The position numbers were made by a program, and so were the translations under genes. From a virus (Duplodnaviria; Caudoviricetes), in IMG/VR virus record IMGVR_UViG_3300021399_000003, positions 32,001-96,000 of that record: a stretch of DNA of 64,000 nt; one strand, 5' to 3'. The notes under the pieces were generated by a model. That model was not told the DNA's origin. It was given only the letters and a program-made list of their open reading frames with translations, and searched no databases. This document shows, in pieces, positions 59,254-64,000 of the stretch; within the stretch, counting starts at the first letter, position 1; every line of letters begins with the position of its first letter.

Positions 59254-59404
59254 TCGGGAACCTGGGACTCGAACCCAGGACACACGGCTTATTGGTCATG
59301 AAGGATAGATTTGAACTATCATTATCTTCTGCTAGACAGAAGTAGTTTTCCAATTTAACTTACTTCATGAAGGCCGCTGCTCTGACCTACTGAGCTAGTT
59401 CCCG
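59254..59404 (-). tRNA. tRNA-Ile(UAU) interrupted in the anticodon by a complete 77-nt tRNA-like insert (59293-59369)
   Basis: GCGGC-CT T[insert]AT AA-GCCGT; insert is a full cloverleaf ending ACCA. Confidence 0.88.
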
Positions 59405-59815
59405 ATAAATCTCGCGGCTTCTTCTCCTATTGGCATCTTCCGGGCCTCAATCCATCCGAGCCGCCACTTGATTCCACCGCGAATGTCGTTATGAAGGAGC
59501 AAACACTCGCGTTGTGTATACTCCAAGAAATATTTATGTATCATTTGCTCTTATTGGTAGATACTAGACCTCACCGCCTATTTTTCACGCACGGATTCGT
59601 GGCCACCACTAACGAGGACGACTTCCGCTGAATCAAATTATCACGGCCGACCCAGATACCGGGCAACCTCTTGTACTATTCCGGACTAGCTCTCGGTGCA
59701 AGCTCACCGGCATTCTATTCAGAGAATCATATTGTCGCGTTTGCCGTTTCAACAATATTAGCTATATCTGCTTATTTCTTTTGTTCGCGATACTGGCAGA
59801 AATAAGAACAGCCAT

Positions 59816-59889
59816 TGGCAGGAACTGAAAGATTTGAACTCTCATCTGGCGGGTTGGAGCCGCATATGTTGCCATTACACCAAGTTCCT
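59816..59889 (-). tRNA. tRNA-Trp(CCA)
   Basis: GCGG-CT CCA AC-CCGC; GCCA. Confidence 0.9.
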
Positions 59890-59939
59890 AAATTACAATC
59901 TCTCCCTATAATCTTTAGTTATTTTTCTGTTCTCTTTTC

Positions 59940-60030
59940 TAGGCACGAAAAACTATCCAATTATAGGGAGATTGTATCAAACCATCTACATTTCTTAATA
60001 CTTATGTAAAAAGTATTGCTGTACGTGCCA
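59940..60030 (-). ncRNA. ACAGCAA stem RNA, copy f
   Basis: GGCACGT-ACAGCAA..CGTGCC; degenerate T-then-D arms inside. Confidence 0.6.
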
Positions 60031-60099
60031 AAAGAGATTTTTTTGTTTCCCTCAACCTTACATAAATATTATAGCAGAATTTTAATCAAAAGTCAAATA

Positions 60100-60780
60100 T
60101 TATGGAAGTGTAGTTTTTGCCGCGGTTTCTATAGCCTTTTTATGCTTGGGGCATACTTTATTGCTACAGTGAGTTCTTGAATTTGTAAAATGAATACAAT
60201 GGTGTCCAGGGAAATTATTATTTTTAATGGAACCATTACCATGTGGCTGGCAATTCATAGAAGCCGCGTAATTTACTCCTTTAATAGTAACAAAAATCGC
60301 GCGACGTTCCCATGACCATTTTTTACAAGCTTTCTTAAAAGCAGCAGTATCTGCTGCGGTACAAGGCTGACAATCGGCATGATTTGTGCCGCCCTTGCGT
60401 TGTTCGCGCCAAGATAAGCCGGTTTTTACATCAGTAATAGTTGCTACTGTACCTTTAGAAAATATTTTTCTAATATCTGATTTCCACCAATCCATCTTTT
60501 TTGCAGTACCGTGAGCAGGTTCACAAGTGCTTCCTGCTTTTCCAGTAGACTTTGGTATTTCATACTTTTTAGCTTCTTCTGAAAATAATTTAGCTTTTGT
60601 TTTTGGGCCATATATTCCATCTGCGACTAAACCATTTTGAGATTGAAATGTAGTTACTGCTTCTTGAGTTAAAGATAAATAATTACCTCTAATTTCTCCA
60701 GTAAAATATCCTAATTCTTTAAGGCGTTTTTGTAGCTCTTTTACCGCATCGCCTTTGTCACCATATTTGAGTGATGCCAT
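60100..60780 (-). CDS. Peptidoglycan-binding domain protein (putative cell-wall enzyme)
   Basis: LKYGDKGDAVKELQKRL..FQSQNGLVADGIYGPKT; C-terminal GHHCIHF..RTH. Confidence 0.8.
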   Translation of the reverse strand: MASLKYGDKGDAVKELQKRLKELGYFTGEIRGNYLSLTQEAVTTFQSQNGLVADGIYGPKTKAKLFSEEAKKYEIPKSTGKAGSTCEPAHGTAKKMDWWKSDIRKIFSKGTVATITDVKTGLSWREQRKGGTNHADCQPCTAADTAAFKKACKKWSWERRAIFVTIKGVNYAASMNCQPHGNGSIKNNNFPGHHCIHFTNSRTHCSNKVCPKHKKAIETAAKTTLP

Positions 60781-60837
60781 AAAATCACCTCATAAAATAA
60801 TAAAGCCCGTGTTTTCCACGGGCTTGTGTAAAATGAT

Positions 60838-61140
60838 TTAAGAGAAGATATTAAAAATGTCGTTAAAAAGGGTAGGAATATCACTTACATCCTTTGTTGA
60901 ATAGTGATATGTACCATACTTCTTACAAAAGGCTTCTAGTTCCTTCTTATAATTAGATTGGGCCTCTGTCATTGCCTTACGCGCGGCTTCAACCTTGTCC
61001 GCGGCAGCCTTGCGTTCTGCGGCCTGACGTTCCTTCTCATACTTTTCCTTGTCGCGCTTTGCGATTAGCTCTCGTTCCGCCGCGAGACAATCGTTAGCGT
61101 TGTCATAAAACTTTTTAGTTTCTTCAGAATAATACTTCAT
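60838..61140 (-). CDS. Hypothetical coiled-coil protein
   Basis: ORF with promoter and RBS. Confidence 0.7.
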   Translation of the reverse strand: MKYYSEETKKFYDNANDCLAAERELIAKRDKEKYEKERQAAERKAAADKVEAARKAMTEAQSNYKKELEAFCKKYGTYHYSTKDVSDIPTLFNDIFNIFS

Positions 61141-61227
61141 ATAAGTTCCTCTCCTTATATATTTTATTTATCAGATAAGAGTTCCTTTCCTCTCTCTGAT
61201 AATAATATTATAGCATGAATTTGATTA

Positions 61228-63330
61228 TTAGTCAAGTGTTAAACCATATGATTTGCGAATTATTTTTTCTATGTTATCTTTATTGGTGATAAAAGCAGTA
61301 CAACCGGCTTCATAAAGTTTTATTATATCTGCTGTACTAGTATTTTCTTGTATTGTCCAAGTACTTACTTTCATACCGTAGTTCGCGGCAGTTCCAATAA
61401 TGTCTATATTATTATTATCTATAGCACTAATTAAATTACCAGAAGAAGGATTAAAGAAAACATTTTTTACTGTTTTTCCTTCAAGATAGTCTGCGGCAGT
61501 TTCTATTGCCCCTTCACTTGCTTCGCCATTGTTAATAATAATACAAAAATTTTGTGCACCCGCGCCAGCTGCTTCTTCTATAACTTTGTTTGCAACAGCA
61601 TATGCTATTATATAAGCATTATCTAACATACCATATTTTTTAATTATATTGACTATATTTGTTACTTGTCCTGTATATTTAGTATCGTTTAAAGAAAATT
61701 TAGGCTCAATAAATACGGTGGCGCCAGCTGCTTTAGCTAATAATAAAAATTCTTGAAGAGTTGGAATTTTTTCATCTTCAAAACCAGAAATAATTTCACT
61801 TGGTGGAGTTGGTGGATTAGTACTATAACTTCCTGCAAGACAACCAAAATTATATTGTCTAAGATCCGCTAAGGTTTTTTTAGAAATTTTTATTATATTA
61901 TCTCCCTCATAAGGTAATTCATTGCCATTTGCATCGCGAGCATGAATATAAATATTGTCATCATGACATAAGACATAATCATGTTTAGTTGCACCTTCGG
62001 TCATGTTTGTAACCATGATGTCACATTCCCAATTCATGATATTATTTTTATAATATTGCTTATACAAACCTAAAGTATTTGGAGGCCAAACTTTTGTACC
62101 GCCGTGGCCTATGGATAAAATTTTAGATGGAGCCGGACTAAAAGCAGTAGTAAAAGGTGTAATTATTGAAGAAACATTAAATTTTACATCGTTCATAAAG
62201 TTATTGATATCTAATTTTTCTGAAGTATTCGTTTCTGGCTGAGTACGAAATAAAAGACGATAGTGAATATTTGGTTGTAGTATAACTGAAGTAGTCCAAC
62301 TAATATCACCATTAGTTATATATTCACCATTATCATTAAAAGTTTGACAAAAAATACGATAAGTAGAGTTTGTAAAAGTAATTTCTACTGCGTGTTCAAA
62401 AGTTAATATAGACTCACTAACAATACGATGAGTCTTTGTTTTGTCAACTACTCCTTTATCATTACTATTGCCATTAATAAGTGTTAATTTTTTCCAAAAA
62501 GTATCGGGGAATAAAGCACCATAAGGCTCTATCGCGGCGATCCGTAATGAATTTATGCTGGTTGATAATTCAGTGTTTGTTAGTGCATTAAAAATCATTG
62601 GATGAACTGTTTCCTCATCAATTTCCATTCCACTAGCGACTCTTAATTTTATCTCAAGACCTTTTACATTTGGGCCAATAGTATATTCTTCGTTTTTATA
62701 TATTACTGTAATTACTGATGTTCCGTCTTGTTTGTACTCTGTTAATGAAAGCCCAACTTTTTCGCCGGTATATTTTATATAATATGTCTTACCAATTTCA
62801 AATCCAGCAGGAAGACTTGTCTGACTACCATATAGAGTTTTAGCGCGAGTTAAGGCTACAGTATTAGATGAAGTAGTAACAGTCCATGAACCATCATTGT
62901 TATTTGTAAATGTAACTTCTTGTACAGTACCTGATGCCGCAGGTGGTAAATTATTTAATATGTTATAAGCGCTGTTTTCTTCTATCGTAGCAATGTTTTC
63001 TTCTATCGTAGCGATATTTGTAGTAAGCGATGTTATATCAGACGCTTTGCCTGCACCAATATTTGACCTCGCTTGTGTTTTTTGTGCGTCTGTAAGAGAT
63101 TGAGGTTCATTAAAAAGCACTACGTTATTATTATCATTTAATAACATCCAAGGGGCACCTGTAGCACCAGGACGATTATCATCTTTACTCTTATTCTCAG
63201 CAGTAGCTATATAACTGGCATTATTGAAAGTGACTATATCTAATTCTTTATATTCTATTCCTTTATTGCTCCAAGCGCCTTTTGGTTTCATAGCTATTTT
63301 ACCTAAAGCGACAAAATTTTCATTGGCCAT
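61228..63330 (-). CDS. Virion/tail-type protein with C-terminal glycerophosphodiester phosphodiesterase domain
   Basis: QSLTDAQKTQARSNIGA motif; IGHGG..PPNTL, ECDI, VLCHD, IPTLQEFL, IEPK, WT, ITN. Confidence 0.78.
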   Translation of the reverse strand: MANENFVALGKIAMKPKGAWSNKGIEYKELDIVTFNNASYIATAENKSKDDNRPGATGAPWMLLNDNNNVVLFNEPQSLTDAQKTQARSNIGAGKASDITSLTTNIATIEENIATIEENSAYNILNNLPPAASGTVQEVTFTNNNDGSWTVTTSSNTVALTRAKTLYGSQTSLPAGFEIGKTYYIKYTGEKVGLSLTEYKQDGTSVITVIYKNEEYTIGPNVKGLEIKLRVASGMEIDEETVHPMIFNALTNTELSTSINSLRIAAIEPYGALFPDTFWKKLTLINGNSNDKGVVDKTKTHRIVSESILTFEHAVEITFTNSTYRIFCQTFNDNGEYITNGDISWTTSVILQPNIHYRLLFRTQPETNTSEKLDINNFMNDVKFNVSSIITPFTTAFSPAPSKILSIGHGGTKVWPPNTLGLYKQYYKNNIMNWECDIMVTNMTEGATKHDYVLCHDDNIYIHARDANGNELPYEGDNIIKISKKTLADLRQYNFGCLAGSYSTNPPTPPSEIISGFEDEKIPTLQEFLLLAKAAGATVFIEPKFSLNDTKYTGQVTNIVNIIKKYGMLDNAYIIAYAVANKVIEEAAGAGAQNFCIIINNGEASEGAIETAADYLEGKTVKNVFFNPSSGNLISAIDNNNIDIIGTAANYGMKVSTWTIQENTSTADIIKLYEAGCTAFITNKDNIEKIIRKSYGLTLD

Positions 63331-63333
63331 ATA

Positions 63334-63741
63334 TTATGCCACCTCCTTCCAACCAGCTGGATAAGCAGAAGGAGACCAAATATTATTTGCAATTACACAT
63401 TCATAAACTTTTCCTTCAAACATAACTTTATCGCCAATTTGATAGGCATTTGTGCTATCTGGTTGCTCCCACTCTGGTATTATTTCTGGGTCTGGAATTA
63501 ACACTTTAGCCCAAAGACTTGGAGCTGAAATTGGACTCCAAGTAGGTTGAGCAATGTGGTCTTGTAAACAGCGATAGAGTACATTATGAAAACGTACTCT
63601 ATCACCTGTTGTATATTTTGCGCTATCATTCCATTGAGGGAATAATTGCACAGCTTCCAAAGCATCTGTATCATCTAAAGCAATTGCTGCTTTTTCAATA
63701 TATGGGCGGAGTTTAACCGCTAAATCAACTAAAGTACCCAA
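63334..63741 (-). CDS. Carbohydrate-binding (CBM5/12-like) phage protein
   Basis: W...YTTGDRV..LYRCLQDH..WSP..PSLW; YQIGDKV. Confidence 0.78.
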   Translation of the reverse strand: MGTLVDLAVKLRPYIEKAAIALDDTDALEAVQLFPQWNDSAKYTTGDRVRFHNVLYRCLQDHIAQPTWSPISAPSLWAKVLIPDPEIIPEWEQPDSTNAYQIGDKVMFEGKVYECVIANNIWSPSAYPAGWKEVA

Positions 63742-63996
63742 TTACTCCACCCCCAATAATATTTTTGCTGCTTGAAGTTCTTCTTGTAATGCTGCGATAT
63801 CTTGTTGATTTTGAGAGAGAATAGTAAGATATTCATCTTTATCATATTCTGTTAAGGTGTATTGATAGCAATGTTCAATTGTATCTTCCACTTCACGCTC
63901 AATTTCTTGAATATCAGAAGCGATAAAAACTTTTGTTGCAGTTATATCAATTTTGGGTGGTTCTATTGTAGAATAGGTAAAATTATAGGTTTTCAT
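63742..63996 (-). CDS. Hypothetical tail-associated small protein
   Basis: EYDKDEY..LQEEL..KILLG. Confidence 0.6.
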   Translation of the reverse strand: MKTYNFTYSTIEPPKIDITATKVFIASDIQEIEREVEDTIEHCYQYTLTEYDKDEYLTILSQNQQDIAALQEELQAAKILLGVE

Positions 63997-64000
63997 TTTA

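Noticed and set aside
42503-59369. Group I/II or archaeal BHB intron interpretation of the tRNA inserts
   Set aside because: Inserts are only 47-77 nt, have no catalytic core or terminal G, show no evident BHB, and end in CCA.
120-60009. All plus-strand ORFs in the track, and nested minus-strand ORFs such as 6395..6685, 7505..7702, 14758..14940, 15232..15435 and 37205..37420
   Set aside because: Shadows of longer motif-bearing minus-strand genes or of RNA genes; no RBS or recognisable motifs.
40239-60030. CRISPR array reading of the ACAGCAA or iteron repeats
   Set aside because: Repeats are dispersed or degenerate, lack regular spacers, and no cas genes are present.
1-64000. Genome-wide TAG reassignment (code 15)
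   Set aside because: Long genes have no internal TAG, and TAG appears to act as a real stop (e.g. at 35566, where readthrough would run deep into the next gene).

Overview
A 64-kb segment of a large AT-rich phage of a Firmicutes (probably Clostridia-like) host, inferred from sigmaA-type TTGACT..TATAAT promoters, GGAG/AGGAGG RBSs and gene content. Essentially all genes are on the minus strand. 1-37 kb is a replication and nucleotide-metabolism block: class II RNR, DnaE, RecJ-like DHH exonuclease, primase, DnaB, Sak4-like ATPase, SSB, GyrA/GyrB, an iteron-like repeat array, NCS2 permease, deoxyribosyltransferases, PhoH, ClpP, DNA ligase, dNMP kinase, RNase H and a holin. 40-60 kb is an RNA-rich island with about 17 tRNA or tRNA-like genes, a ROOL-like ~584-nt RNA, several unexplained structured tracts, free-standing homing endonucleases and an RNA-repair-like gene set (Rnl2-like ligase, cyclic-phosphate-processing receiver domain, TROVE/vWA-like DUF2828). 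The most striking observation is that three tRNA genes (Lys-UUU, Leu-UAA, Ile-UAU) are interrupted inside the anticodon by unrelated 47-77-nt inserts. Each insert is itself tRNA-shaped and ends exactly in ACCA, and precise removal restores a perfect anticodon arm. This suggests tRNA-in-tRNA introns excised by tRNA-end-processing nucleases and resealed by the phage RNA ligase. Also found: six ACAGCAA stem RNAs (one a circularly permuted, YrlA-like tRNA mimic) near the Ro60-like gene, a covarying RBS-pseudoknot leader shared by four endonuclease genes, and a possible 5-nt ribosomal hop in a metallophosphoesterase. All family assignments come from motif recognition by eye; no searches were run.
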